The notes beneath the pieces were generated by a model that searched no databases, was not told the DNA's origin, and saw only the letters and a program-made list of their open reading frames with translations. A stretch of DNA of 64,000 nucleotides from Vicinamibacteria bacterium (GTDB lineage Bacteria; Acidobacteriota; Vicinamibacteria; Marinacidobacterales; Marinacidobacteraceae): NCBI GenBank assembly GCA_965232015.1, contig OZ246946.1, positions 3,430,612 to 3,494,611 on the forward strand, in the 5' to 3' direction. The position numbers and the translations under genes were made by a program. This document shows, in pieces, positions 43,883 through 53,854 of this stretch (the first letter of the stretch is position 1; each line of letters starts with the position of its first letter).

Positions 43883-46168
43883 TCATGCCGCACTTCCCCC
43901 GGAATCCGCAGACGACGTGACAAGTTTCACCATAGCTGAGAAGTGCTTGCCGTCTTCCGCCTTGATCATACACAGCAGATCGCTGAGCACGGAAGGCCCC
44001 TCTGCGAGCGCCGTCAAGTCATGCTCCGGTTCGCCCATAGCAATGCTGTGTGAGTGCGTGTGCAGGAACCGGAGAATCCGATGCTTCTTGGCTTCGTCGA
44101 ACGAGACTTCTTTCATCTTCTGCCACAGTCCTCCAGAAACCTGCGGCTGACGGAACGCGAGAAACGCTTCCAGCATGCGCCTGGCCATGTTTGGAAGGGC
44201 GTAATTCTCCTCAAGATCCCTCGATGCCGCCGTCGTTGCCGCTTCATGAATGCGGGCGAACAGATACTGGTATTCTGAGTCATACTCAGCAAGCAGTGGA
44301 TCGAGGCCCCGAATGGCGCTACTCCGTATGTTGTCCTCTTGCCCAGACTCGAGCATGAAGAATCGGGCGGGGCCGTTGCTCGAACTCCTACGTGCCCCAC
44401 CGTTCAGATGTCGAAACCAGTTGCGAACCTGTCGAAAGAAGGAGAAATTGTGTGTCAAGACGAACAGTTGGCCCGCGTCTCCCGTGCGTTCTCGAATGAA
44501 GCCGAACGCGAGGAACAACGCGTTCGCATCGAGGCTCGACACTGGATCGTCCAGTACCACGACCCCACGCGCACGCTCGAATCGTCTGTCCTGCAGGGAC
44601 TTAAGAAAGTACAAGAGAGCGATGGCGGTAGTCTCTCCCTCGCTCACCGATCGAACTGGTTCGCCACTGCGTGTGATGGAGTAGCCCGTTTCCTTGATCC
44701 CGAGGGATAGCTCGCCATGACCGAGATACTTTCGCAGATCCTCGTTCAGATCCTCGGCCGGCCGCCGATGCTCTACCATCTCGCCTTCGAGCTTGGCGAT
44801 CTTGGCATCCAACCGCTGCGCCGCTCGCTCGTTCGTTCCTCGATCCGCGCGTGCACTAGTCGCTGCGTCCTGCAATAGAACGAACTCGTCCAGCTCGAAG
44901 GCAATCATGTGTCTGGCCAACCGGTTCCGGGCCTCTTCACGCCCAGTCTCGAAAGTCTCGCTCTCCTCATTATGCTCTCTGATCACCGTGTTTAGCTTCT
45001 CTACCACGTCCTCATCCATCTGCGGCTGCTTGAACTCCACCTTTACCTCCTCAAATGCCCGAGCCTTCTTGCATGCCAGCGCCTGAATTAGAACGCCGAG
45101 GAATCCGCGCGTTGAACCCAGTGCGTCCCTCAGCGCGCGCTCACAAGACTGGAATTCTCGGACGAAATGGTCATAGAGAGCCGTCGGAGGGGGTACCTCG
45201 ATGCCGTCGGCCGCCTCAAGTGCAGTCTCTAGTCGTTGGAGCTGCTGGTCGATGTGCTGAAGCAACCGGTCGTACTCCACGTTGAAATGTGCGCTAAGGA
45301 CATCCAAACGCTGCTGTGGCAACGACTGGCTGCAGAACAGGCACTGTTCGGCCTTCCTATCCCGGTGCAACGTCAGACCTTGGAGTGTCCAGTCGGCGAG
45401 CGCGGGATCGCCCTTCAAAGCGTCAATCGCGGCTGAACCAACCGTTGTCGTTAGGACTGTTAGCACCCGGTCCCTGAGTGTGTTGAAATCCGGCAAGGCA
45501 TAGTCGAGCTCGGCGACTCGCGGTTTCGCCGTACCGTTATGGTGAGCACGGAGTCTGTCGTGATCCGTGTCGGTCAAGCGGTGAATCGTAGCGTCACCGT
45601 TGGCAAGCATCTGCCTTGCGTCATTCAGGAAATTGGACTTGTTGTAGTTGTTGTAGCGATTCTGGCGGCCAGCCCTGAGGGTGTTCTTGATGTGTTTCGC
45701 ACGCTCGATACAGAATCGGTCCAGTTTGCTATTGGCTTCCTGCTCGGCGGAACGCGCCCATGTCAGGGTATCTACGAGTGCCGCGCGATCCCTCTGTAGG
45801 TGCTCAAGCGTTCTTTGCTTCTCCACGCTCTCCGCGCCCAGCACGAGAATGGGAGGCATGTCGCCGCCTCCGACGGGCAACACGTTCTCCTCAACGAAGT
45901 CCCGGTTGAACACTCGGATGTGAAGCGGCGAGTGCGGGAAGGCGTCGCCCGGCACATCGTGACCGTTGATGCGCAAAACGGCCTCGCCCATCCCCGGCGC
46001 GCGAGCAACCTCAAGGCTTCGAAACAGCCGGCTCAGCGTCGTCTTGCCCGTCCCATTCCAGCCGTAGATGACGTTGTAACGTCCGAATTCAGGAAGGTTT
46101 GACGGCCACCTGAAGTCGCGGAAGATGCCACACCTGCGCAACCGTGCTATTCGGTCGATGCGTGTCAT
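43883..46168 (-). CDS. RloC/PrrC-like AAA_13 ATPase, putative anticodon nuclease embedded in the type I RM locus
   Basis: Walker A is ...[13 protein letters not shown].... A long coiled-coil insert carries CxxC (EQCLFCSQ; a zinc-hook like RloC). The Walker B/D-loop is ...[12 protein letters not shown]..., with an H-loop ...LTHN... A ~170-aa C-terminal domain follows. Location between hsdS and hsdR mirrors the E. coli prr locus. Markedly lower GC. Confidence 0.55.
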   Translation of the reverse strand: MTRIDRIARLRRCGIFRDFRWPSNLPEFGRYNVIYGWNGTGKTTLSRLFRSLEVARAPGMGEAVLRINGHDVPGDAFPHSPLHIRVFNRDFVEENVLPVGGGDMPPILVLGAESVEKQRTLEHLQRDRAALVDTLTWARSAEQEANSKLDRFCIERAKHIKNTLRAGRQNRYNNYNKSNFLNDARQMLANGDATIHRLTDTDHDRLRAHHNGTAKPRVAELDYALPDFNTLRDRVLTVLTTTVGSAAIDALKGDPALADWTLQGLTLHRDRKAEQCLFCSQSLPQQRLDVLSAHFNVEYDRLLQHIDQQLQRLETALEAADGIEVPPPTALYDHFVREFQSCERALRDALGSTRGFLGVLIQALACKKARAFEEVKVEFKQPQMDEDVVEKLNTVIREHNEESETFETGREEARNRLARHMIAFELDEFVLLQDAATSARADRGTNERAAQRLDAKIAKLEGEMVEHRRPAEDLNEDLRKYLGHGELSLGIKETGYSITRSGEPVRSVSEGETTAIALLYFLKSLQDRRFERARGVVVLDDPVSSLDANALFLAFGFIRERTGDAGQLFVLTHNFSFFRQVRNWFRHLNGGARRSSSNGPARFFMLESGQEDNIRSSAIRGLDPLLAEYDSEYQYLFARIHEAATTAASRDLEENYALPNMARRMLEAFLAFRQPQVSGGLWQKMKEVSFDEAKKHRILRFLHTHSHSIAMGEPEHDLTALAEGPSVLSDLLCMIKAEDGKHFSAMVKLVTSSADSGGSAA

Positions 46169-47466
46169 TCCGCCCTCTCGAGGAACCTCGTCGTATCGTA
46201 AGCGTGCAGTTGTCCGGCGATGAGTCGCGGGAGTAGCGTGTCGCGGAGTGTCACGAGGCTACGACTGCTCAGTTCGTTGGCAACTCGTCGCTCCAGCATG
46301 CTCGAGAAAGTTCCCGATAGTCTCGCGATCACGTCATCGGGAGGCGCAACGCAGAGGGCTTCCGTCAGATGGTGCCGCCTGATGTGTCCCATGGTTGTGG
46401 CCTTGTCCTGGGCGATCCGTCGGAATGTCCGAAGATGGGACAGCAGAGAGTGAAGGTAGAACCACTTGGGATACCTCGCCGACGTGACCTTGAAGAGGTG
46501 CTGGTTCAAGGCCGCCCGCCCACCGCACCACGTTCTGACCAGCAGGCTTCCTGACCACGAGAACACAACGTCGCCATCCTCGATTATGCACACTGGTCTG
46601 ATAGCGGCACTCGCCCACTCCCCGCTATTCGCCTCTCCAGCCCGCAACTGGGCGATCTTGACCACCGGCAGTCGTGCTTCGTTCTTCGCGGGCCGGAACT
46701 TCTGAAGAGCAAGCCCGTTCTGGAACCGCGCGATCTCGTCGAGCGGGGCTGCGTTCCACCCCAACGGTATCTTGCCCATCTCGGAATCCACCATCCGGTC
46801 GGGGAAGAGGTCGGCGATCTCGTGCGGCACGCCCGTGTCGCGGCCCTCCATCTGGGCGCGGACGGGATCGAAGTCCACGAACCAGGACTTAAAGAGCGCT
46901 CGGGCCATCGCCTCCAGCGTCCAGTTCATCCGCCGGTTCAGGTCGATCTTGTTGTCGAGCGTCTCCAGTACGTCGACGATACGGCAGCGAATCGTGTTCA
47001 GGTGGGGAACCCGCAGACCCAGAAAGTCTTCCCGCGCAAGGCCCAAGTTTGTCGTCCCAGTTGCGCATGCTCGACAGTACGCACGGACTTGAGGTGTTCG
47101 AAGCAACCAGTAGATGTAGTCACTCGGGACATCTTCCAGTTTCGGTATCAACTTGACTGTGTCCTGAGTCAGGCGACCTGAATACTGTGCGGACGGAAGT
47201 CTGGCAACGGCACCAAGCAGGTCCGCCGCTTGGGTGACGTCTTTCAGGGAGACATAGAGGTCTCGAGGTTGAACCATGAGGTGATCCGGGGAATCGCCTC
47301 CGTAGGTTCGCAGGGAATCCGAGCGGAATCCACCGTTGCGCTGAATTGTCGCGAGCCCGAGCAGCAAAGGACCGGGTTGCCCGAGGAGACGGCTCTTGTA
47401 CGTCCTACCTCTCTGAAGGGTAAAGTAATCCCCCAATGTCTTGTCAGCAGTTGTTGAGATGGGCAT
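46165..47466 (-). CDS. hsdS: Type I restriction-modification specificity subunit
   Basis: Two target-recognition domains plus conserved spacer helices (...LLPRLIAGQL..., ...PLGWNAAPLDEIARFQNG...). The ATG is at 47466. The same reading frame continues upstream without a stop into the MNT domain. Confidence 0.8.
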   Translation of the reverse strand: MPISTTADKTLGDYFTLQRGRTYKSRLLGQPGPLLLGLATIQRNGGFRSDSLRTYGGDSPDHLMVQPRDLYVSLKDVTQAADLLGAVARLPSAQYSGRLTQDTVKLIPKLEDVPSDYIYWLLRTPQVRAYCRACATGTTNLGLAREDFLGLRVPHLNTIRCRIVDVLETLDNKIDLNRRMNWTLEAMARALFKSWFVDFDPVRAQMEGRDTGVPHEIADLFPDRMVDSEMGKIPLGWNAAPLDEIARFQNGLALQKFRPAKNEARLPVVKIAQLRAGEANSGEWASAAIRPVCIIEDGDVVFSWSGSLLVRTWCGGRAALNQHLFKVTSARYPKWFYLHSLLSHLRTFRRIAQDKATTMGHIRRHHLTEALCVAPPDDVIARLSGTFSSMLERRVANELSSRSLVTLRDTLLPRLIAGQLHAYDTTRFLERAE

Positions 47467-47505
47467 CGCTGGATGCCTTGAACCGATCGCCTGGGAATCC
47501 GACCT

Positions 47506-47820
47506 CGGATCCTGCACGGCTACGCCGTGTCGCCGGATGATGTTGCGAAATCCTTCGTCGGTCCTGGCCCAGTCCACGACATCGACCTTGAACGGCAGAT
47601 CGGAGTCTCCGAGCGCCTCGTCCAAGGCGGAGACTGTGCGTAGCGGGAGGGGCTCCTCACCCATGACCGCCAGGTCGAGGTCCGAGTAGTCCTTTGCGGT
47701 CCAGGTCGCGCGGGATCCAAAGGCGAGCACCTCGCGATCCGGTACATGAATCCGTAGAGCGCGGCGGACGATAGCCCAATGATCGGGCCGGAGGTCGACG
47801 CTAGGTACGGAAGTCCTCAT
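47506..47820 (-). CDS. MNT-type minimal nucleotidyltransferase (HepT/MNT toxin-antitoxin partner); no stop codon, in frame with hsdS
   Basis: ...LAFGSRATWTAKDYSDLDLAV... is the GS...D-x-D nucleotidyltransferase motif. The start ATG overlaps the HepT stop (TAATG) at 47820. The ORF track shows one uninterrupted frame from 47967 to 46165. Confidence 0.6.
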
Positions 47821-48227
47821 TACAGCCAGTCCCGCAGCCGGTCCCGGAGATAGGCCACCTCCTCGAGAAACCCCGGAATGGCCGCAACCACGGTCTCCGC
47901 GATCGACTCGTTGTAGGTGTGGCTCGTCATGCCGCGCATCTTCCGGTAGTCGCGCCATTCGGGCCACGCCCCGAGCAAAAGCCCCTGCTCGTTCGCCGTG
48001 CGGATCTGATCCTGAAAGGTCATTTGATCGAACAGCGCCGGGTTGGCCGCCGTGAATTCCAAGTAGCGCTTCAGAGTCTTGCAGCCGAGTTCGTAGGTGA
48101 ACTCGAAACGCTGAATCAGGCCGTCGCGAATCTGAAGGTCGCTCGTGTCCTCCCGATACCGCTCCAGTCCCTCCGCCAGCCGTTGGATCGCCCGTTCGAA
48201 GGGTGTGATGTCCGGGATGTCATACAT
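47820..48227 (-). CDS. HepT-like nucleotidyltransferase-substrate-binding protein (HI0074 family, HEPN RNase toxin)
   Basis: MYDIPDITPFERAIQRLAEGLERYRED...RDGLIQRFEFTYELGCKTLKRYL... matches the NTase_sub_bind family. It lies 4 nt downstream of the hsdM stop. Confidence 0.7.
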   Translation of the reverse strand: MYDIPDITPFERAIQRLAEGLERYREDTSDLQIRDGLIQRFEFTYELGCKTLKRYLEFTAANPALFDQMTFQDQIRTANEQGLLLGAWPEWRDYRKMRGMTSHTYNESIAETVVAAIPGFLEEVAYLRDRLRDWL

Positions 48228-48231
48228 GTGG

Positions 48232-49785
48232 TTACCGACTCCAGAATCCCAGCGCCGCAAGGTTCGCGGTGATCGCGGCGTCGAGCCGCGCGCCCTCGGC
48301 CTGCTGTTCGCGAAGCTCCGACACCAGCCGCTCCATTTTGTCCTCGAACGGCTCGCCGTCATCCTTCTGGGGCTCCACGCCTACGTAGCGACCTGGCGTG
48401 AGTACGTGGCCGTGCTTGCGGACTTCGTCTAGGGGGGCGCTCCGGCAGAAGCCAGCGATGTCCTCGTAGTGGCTGTCGCCGCCCTTCCTCCAAGCGCGGT
48501 AGGTGTCGGCCATCCGGGCGATGTCCTCATCCGTGAGTTCTCGGTGCGTCCGGTCCGCCATCCGGCCCAGCTTCCTCGCATCAAGAAAGAGGATTTCGCC
48601 ACGACGCTGCCGTCGTCCTCGGGCGAGGAACCAGAGGCACGCCGGGATCTGGGTCGAGTAGAAGAGCTGGCCGGGCAGGGCGACCATGCACTCCACGAGT
48701 CCAGACTCGACGAGAGCTGCGCGGATCTTGCCCTCGCCGGATTGGTTCGAGGACATGGACCCGTTGGCCAGCACGAACCCCGCGACGCCTCGCGGCGCGA
48801 GGTGGTGGACCATGTGCTGCACCCAGGCGAAGTTCGCGTTGCCCTTTGGCGGAACCCCGTAGCGCCAGCGCCCGTCCTCGGCCAGACGCTCGCCGCCCCA
48901 GTCCGAGACGTTGAATGGCGGGTTGGCGAGGATGAAGTCCGCCTTCAGATAGGGATGGTGGTCGTCGTGGAAGCTGTCCCCGTGGGCGATCTGCCCGCCG
49001 ATCCCGCGGATGGCGAGGTTCATCTGCGCCAGGCGCCAAGTGGTGTAGTTGGACTCCTGGCCGTAGATCGAGATGTCTCCGCGCCTCGTCCCTCCGTTCC
49101 CGTTTCCGTTCGCGTGGGCGCGGATGAACTCCACGGACTGCACGAACATGCCCGCGGAGCCGCAGCAGGGGTCGTACACGCGCCCTTCGTACGGCTCCAG
49201 CATCGCGACGAGCAGCTTCACGATGCAGCGCGGCGTGTAGAACTCGCCACCCCGCTTTCCCTCCGAGTCCGCGAAGCGCGAGAGGAAGTACTCGTAGACG
49301 CGCCCCAGCACGTCCCGGGAACGGGCCTCGGCATCACCGACCCGAATGTTCCCGACGAGGTCGATCAGTCCTCCGAGACGCTGCTTGTCGAGCGCCGGGC
49401 GGGCGTAGTCCCTCGGCAGCACCTGCTTCAGAGCCGGATTGTCCCGCTCGATGGCCGCCATCGCCCGGTCCACGGTCTGCCCGATGGTGGGTTGCCGCGC
49501 TTCAGCTTGCAAGCGCCCCCAGCGAGCCTCGCGGGGGACCCAGAAGATGTTGTCGGCGACGTACTCATCCCGCTCTTCCGCCGCATCCTCGCCCCACTCG
49601 GCGAGCAGCGCTGCGTGGTGCTCTTCGAAGGCGTCCGAGATGTACTTGAGGAAGATGAGTCCGAGGACCACGTGCTTGTACTCGGCGGCGTCCATCGAGC
49701 CGCGGAGCTTGTCGGCCATTTCCCACAGCTCCGCCTCGTAGCCGGTCGTGGCGCCGCTCGTGGCGTTGCGCTTTGCCATACTCAT
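48232..49785 (-). CDS. hsdM: Type I restriction-modification N6-adenine DNA methyltransferase subunit
   Basis: ...[13 protein letters not shown]... is a motif I / SAM-binding site. ...ILANPPFN... is motif IV (NPPF/Y). The N-terminal HsdM_N region is ...[14 protein letters not shown].... The start ATG forms an ATGA overlap with the upstream MNT2 stop. Confidence 0.9.
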   Translation of the reverse strand: MSMAKRNATSGATTGYEAELWEMADKLRGSMDAAEYKHVVLGLIFLKYISDAFEEHHAALLAEWGEDAAEERDEYVADNIFWVPREARWGRLQAEARQPTIGQTVDRAMAAIERDNPALKQVLPRDYARPALDKQRLGGLIDLVGNIRVGDAEARSRDVLGRVYEYFLSRFADSEGKRGGEFYTPRCIVKLLVAMLEPYEGRVYDPCCGSAGMFVQSVEFIRAHANGNGNGGTRRGDISIYGQESNYTTWRLAQMNLAIRGIGGQIAHGDSFHDDHHPYLKADFILANPPFNVSDWGGERLAEDGRWRYGVPPKGNANFAWVQHMVHHLAPRGVAGFVLANGSMSSNQSGEGKIRAALVESGLVECMVALPGQLFYSTQIPACLWFLARGRRQRRGEILFLDARKLGRMADRTHRELTDEDIARMADTYRAWRKGGDSHYEDIAGFCRSAPLDEVRKHGHVLTPGRYVGVEPQKDDGEPFEDKMERLVSELREQQAEGARLDAAITANLAALGFWSR

Positions 49786-50075
49786 CGCGGCTTCTCTCTC
49801 GCCGGCGACTCGGAGTGGTTCTCCCGGAGCGCCACATGATGCGCCTCGATCCCGCTGCGGAACGACTTCGGCACATCGTCCCACACGAAGAGATCCACGC
49901 GGAACGGAAGGTTGCTCTCCTCGAAGGCCTCGCGCAGGCTGCCGACCTCCGGTCGCTGGTCAGGGGTGGCGAAGACGACGAGATCGAGATCCGACCAGGG
50001 TCGCGAGGTGCCCTGTACGCGGGATCCGTAGGCCCAGGCGGGCGTGTCAGGCAAGTGTTGCCTGAGCAGCGACAT
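49782..50075 (-). CDS. MNT-type nucleotidyltransferase (second HepT/MNT pair)
   Basis: ...[21 protein letters not shown]... is the nucleotidyltransferase GS...DxD motif. About 97 aa. Confidence 0.7.
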   Translation of the reverse strand: MSLLRQHLPDTPAWAYGSRVQGTSRPWSDLDLVVFATPDQRPEVGSLREAFEESNLPFRVDLFVWDDVPKSFRSGIEAHHVALRENHSESPAREKPR

Positions 50076-50116
50076 GACAGCCCGGCGCTCGGCTGCGCTC
50101 AGGTCGAGGCGGTCGT

Positions 50117-50533
50117 CTAGTCCCACGTCACACCACTCATGGTCTCGTAGAGCCCGATCGCGTCGGCGATGAACTCCGGCACCAGGGCGACACAGGCCCG
50201 CGCCTTGGCGCCATCGTAGTCGTGGGTGGTATCGGTTCTGGCATCGGCGTATCGAAACCAGTGAGCGATCGGCGCATCGAGCAGATGGTTCTCTCGCGCC
50301 AGCCGCAGGAGGGGCTTCGGGCTGTTGGGCGGATCCACGAGCCCGAGCTCCTTCATCAAGTACCGCTTCAGCACCTTCCAGAGGCAGTCGTAGCAGACCT
50401 CGAATCGCTGGATCACGGATTCGGCTCGCGCCTCTCGGTCCAGCCGGGATACGGTGTGGTCGGTGGCCTCGAAGTTGGCGTGCTGCTCGATGAGACGCGC
50501 CAGCGAGAGCCGGAACTTGCCGTAGTCGATCAT
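50117..50533 (-). CDS. HepT-like nucleotidyltransferase-substrate-binding protein (second pair)
   Basis: ...VIQRFEVCYDCLWKVLKRYL... is the same family signature as the 47820-48227 gene. It is upstream of its MNT partner and hsdM. Confidence 0.65.
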   Translation of the reverse strand: MIDYGKFRLSLARLIEQHANFEATDHTVSRLDREARAESVIQRFEVCYDCLWKVLKRYLMKELGLVDPPNSPKPLLRLARENHLLDAPIAHWFRYADARTDTTHDYDGAKARACVALVPEFIADAIGLYETMSGVTWD

Positions 50534-50649
50534 GCCGCTCCGTGTGACCGCCGGCTCTGCGGCATCGCGTGGGGGAACGAGAGGCCTCGCGAAGCGGACG
50601 GACCTCGCCGCGGGGCGGGAGTGAACATCGAGCTGTCCATGGACCGTGA

Positions 50650-51954
50650 TCAGCGGGCGCCGCGGAGGATGTCCATCGGGAAGATGCCAATCGCCTTCAC
50701 GATCCGTCCGTCACGGAGCACGAAGCGCACATCCTCCATCGTGCGGATGTCCTCGACCGGGTCGCCCTCGACCGCGATCACGTCGGCCGCGTAGCCCGGG
50801 GCGATGCGGCCGATCTCGTCTTCGAGGCCGAGCGTTCTTGCGGCGACCGTCGTGGCCGAACGGAGCGCGGCTTCGGGGCTGAGTCCGAGCCCGGTCATCA
50901 CCGCGAACTCGCGCGCGGCCTGCTCGTGGGGGAAGATCGTGTCCGAGCCGAACGCCACCGGAACGTCCGCGGCGAACGCGGCGCCGATGCGGCGGTCGCG
51001 CTCCTCGATCAGGTCCCGCGCCTTCTGGATGCTCTCCCGCGGGAAGCCGATCGCCTCGCCCGCTTCGACGATGTAGTTCATCACGTAAAGCGTGGGCACC
51101 ATCGGGACGCCGCGCTCGCGAAACAGTCGGATCCCCTTCTCGTCCACGAGGGTGGCGTGTTCGACCGAATCCACGCCGGCGCGGAGCGCGGTGTTGATCC
51201 CGGGGGCGCCGTGCGCGTGGACGGTGATCTTCTTCCGGTGGCGGTGGGCTTCCTCGACGGCCGCCCGCACCTCCTCCTCGGTGTAGGTGCTCACGTTCGG
51301 GTCGTCGCCCGCCGACATGACCCCGCCGGTCATCATCAGCTTGATCCAGTCCGCGCCGTACTTGAACTCGCGTCGGATCTCGAGGCGAAGCCCCTCCGGA
51401 CCATCGGCGATCCGGGTGGGTGTTTCGATGTGGAGGTCGGCCATCAGGTTGTTGAAGTCGCCGTGACCGCCGGTGGCCGAAATCGCGTGCGGGGCGACGA
51501 GAAGCCGCGGGCCCTCGTGGTCGCCGCGGGCGATGGCCCGCTTCAGGTCCACCGTGCCGTAGTGGCCGTCGAACTCGCCCGGGGTGCGCAGGGTGGTGAA
51601 CCCCGCGCCGAGCATCTTCTGCGCGTTCTTCAGCGCGTCGAGGGCGCGGGCGGCGCTGGAGCGGTTCATGTCGAGCGCGGTGAGCGTCTCCGGGTTGATC
51701 GTGAGATGCGCGTGCATGTCGATCAGCCCCGGCAGGCACGTGTGACCCGAGAGGTCCACGACTTCCGCGGCGGAGTTCGCGGGACCGGTGACGATCCGGC
51801 CGTCCCGCACCACGATGTCGGCGCCTTCGCCCATGGCTTCGCCGTCGAACACGGCGCCGCAGCGGAGGACGGTTTCCTCCTGGGCCGTGGCCGAGAAGGC
51901 GCCCAGCGCGGGGAGCGCGAGGACTGTGAGGAAAGAGATCAGGGACTTCTTCAT
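50650..51954 (-). CDS. Amidohydrolase-family metal-dependent hydrolase, secreted
   Basis: There is a signal peptide. ...PGLIDMHAHL... is the HxH metal-binding motif, and ...HAHG... and ...AFGSDT... are present. 434 aa. Confidence 0.8.
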   Translation of the reverse strand: MKKSLISFLTVLALPALGAFSATAQEETVLRCGAVFDGEAMGEGADIVVRDGRIVTGPANSAAEVVDLSGHTCLPGLIDMHAHLTINPETLTALDMNRSSAARALDALKNAQKMLGAGFTTLRTPGEFDGHYGTVDLKRAIARGDHEGPRLLVAPHAISATGGHGDFNNLMADLHIETPTRIADGPEGLRLEIRREFKYGADWIKLMMTGGVMSAGDDPNVSTYTEEEVRAAVEEAHRHRKKITVHAHGAPGINTALRAGVDSVEHATLVDEKGIRLFRERGVPMVPTLYVMNYIVEAGEAIGFPRESIQKARDLIEERDRRIGAAFAADVPVAFGSDTIFPHEQAAREFAVMTGLGLSPEAALRSATTVAARTLGLEDEIGRIAPGYAADVIAVEGDPVEDIRTMEDVRFVLRDGRIVKAIGIFPMDILRGAR

Positions 51955-53654
51955 GTCGCCTCCGCCATGCTGCAGCGGCGGGGATCGCCGCAGGCGCGGC
52001 GGATGCCGTCAGATCCGATGTGGATCCCCTCGAACGAGCCGTGGTGCCAGTTCCACGGGTTCACCACGTCGAACCGGATGCCCCGGGCCGCCACCGCGTC
52101 GCGGACCTCCTCGGGAAAGTCGGCTTCGATGAGGACCGCGCCGAGCGTGGTCAGCGACGGGCCGCCGAAGCGGGGCCGGTTCACCGATTCGCCGACCGGG
52201 ACGCCGAACTCCAGCACATTCAGGCTGTTCTGCAGGCAGTTCTGGAGCAGGCTGACGCTCGGGGAGCCAGACGCCATCACCGGACGGTCGCCCTCGAAGA
52301 TCATGTTCGGCGCGACGTAGGCCGAGATCCGGTGGCCCGGGCGAGGCATTACCCGGAGGAAGTGGGCGCCGGCGGCGCAGATGCTGACGCCCTCGGCGAA
52401 CAGGCCGTTGCTCCACGGGTAGGACATGCAGGAATGCAGGATCGTCGAGACGTTCCCCGCGGCGTCCACCACGGTGACGTGGTTGCTGCCGGCCGGGGGC
52501 GGCGGCTCGCTGGCCGAACTCACCGGATGCCCCATCTGGAGCAGATCGAACCGCATCCGCGCGTAGTCCTTCGACAGGATCGTCTCCAGCGGGAGCGGGT
52601 GGCTTTCCGGGTCGTTCTGACGCCCGCCTTCCTGATAGACGAGGTGGCTCACCCGCAGCATCTGGAGCAGGCTCTCGGCGGACTCGGTGGGCGGTCCGAG
52701 GCGCTCGAGGTCGAGGAACTCCAGCATGTGGAGCATCTCGATCAGGTGGGTTCCGCCGTTGTCGGGCGGTGGGGATCCGGCGATCTTCAGCCCGCGGTAA
52801 CTGCCCCACGCCGGCTCCTGCCAGCGCGGTTCCCAGCGGGCGAAATCGTCCGGAGTGAGCACGCCTCCGGCGTCCTGGACGACCTCGCACACCCGCTGGG
52901 CGAAGTCGCCCTGGTAGAAGTAGTCGTTCCCTTCCTCGGCGAGGCGCTCGAGCGTGTCGGCGGCGCGCTTCTGGTACAGCATGGCGCCGGGGCGGGGGAC
53001 GGCGCCGTCGTCGAAGTAGATCTCGCGCCCGGCGGCGGTTCGGCCGATCTTCTCGGACTGGATGAAGATCTCGCCCCAGAGGAACGGATGGGTCTCGAAT
53101 CCGTCGCGGGCGTAGGCGATCGCGCCCGCCATGAGGTCCTTGCGGGGCAGCGAGCCGTGGCGGTCGTGGGCCGCTTCGAAGCCGCCCCACCAGCCGGGGA
53201 CCGCAACGCCGCGTCCGGTCGCGAGGTCGTGCGCCCCGAATCCGGGCAGCGGCGCCATCGGGGCGTTCACGTTCCCGTTGACGTAAGTCGTCTCGCCGGT
53301 CGCGGCGTCGAAGTAGAGCTGCGACAGGCACCCGGTGATCGTGGTCATGTGGGGCTCGACCACGGTCTGGGTGATCGAGGCGGCGAGCGCGGCGTCGCAG
53401 GCGTTCCCGCCGCGGCGCAGCACCTCGACCGCCTCCCGGGTGGCGAGCGGGTGCGAGGTGATCGCCATGCCGCCGGATCCCTCCGCGGGAGTCTTGCGGC
53501 CGAAGTGGGCGAGTTCTATGAGCCGCCGCCGCTCGGTCGCGTCGGGAAGCGCGGCGGCCGCTTCGGCTGATGTCCGGCCGGTGGCGAACGCCATCCCGGC
53601 CAGCCCGCCGGCCGTGGACTGGATGAACCGTCTTCGGGATCCGCTGGTCTTCAT
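51951..53654 (-). CDS. ggt: Gamma-glutamyltranspeptidase, Tat-exported
   Basis: The Tat signal is SRRRFIQSTAGGLAGMAFATG. ...TTHLIEMLH... surrounds the autoproteolytic Thr, and the ...GSPGG... region is present. The start ATG is complementary to 53652-53654; the stop overlaps the downstream gene (ATGA). Confidence 0.85.
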   Translation of the reverse strand: MKTSGSRRRFIQSTAGGLAGMAFATGRTSAEAAAALPDATERRRLIELAHFGRKTPAEGSGGMAITSHPLATREAVEVLRRGGNACDAALAASITQTVVEPHMTTITGCLSQLYFDAATGETTYVNGNVNAPMAPLPGFGAHDLATGRGVAVPGWWGGFEAAHDRHGSLPRKDLMAGAIAYARDGFETHPFLWGEIFIQSEKIGRTAAGREIYFDDGAVPRPGAMLYQKRAADTLERLAEEGNDYFYQGDFAQRVCEVVQDAGGVLTPDDFARWEPRWQEPAWGSYRGLKIAGSPPPDNGGTHLIEMLHMLEFLDLERLGPPTESAESLLQMLRVSHLVYQEGGRQNDPESHPLPLETILSKDYARMRFDLLQMGHPVSSASEPPPPAGSNHVTVVDAAGNVSTILHSCMSYPWSNGLFAEGVSICAAGAHFLRVMPRPGHRISAYVAPNMIFEGDRPVMASGSPSVSLLQNCLQNSLNVLEFGVPVGESVNRPRFGGPSLTTLGAVLIEADFPEEVRDAVAARGIRFDVVNPWNWHHGSFEGIHIGSDGIRRACGDPRRCSMAEAT

Positions 53655-53854
53655 GGTCGCACCTCCGCGCCCGTGCGAAAGTACCACCGCCCTCGGCGGC
53701 CCGATGGGTCCGCCTCGTCGTCACTCCGTCGCCACCCACCGGCGAAACATGGGGCCGAGACAGCCCTTGTGTTCGCACACGGCTCGAAACGAAAATAGCG
53801 GTCAGCGCTATTCCAGTGAACGGCAATAGTGGCGATCAGAACAGGAGGAACCCC

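Noticed and set aside
52009-53826. 605-aa minus-strand ORF overlapping ggt in another frame
   Set aside because: The ggt frame (51951..53654) carries the Tat signal and GGT catalytic motifs. The alternative frame is Arg-rich low-complexity.
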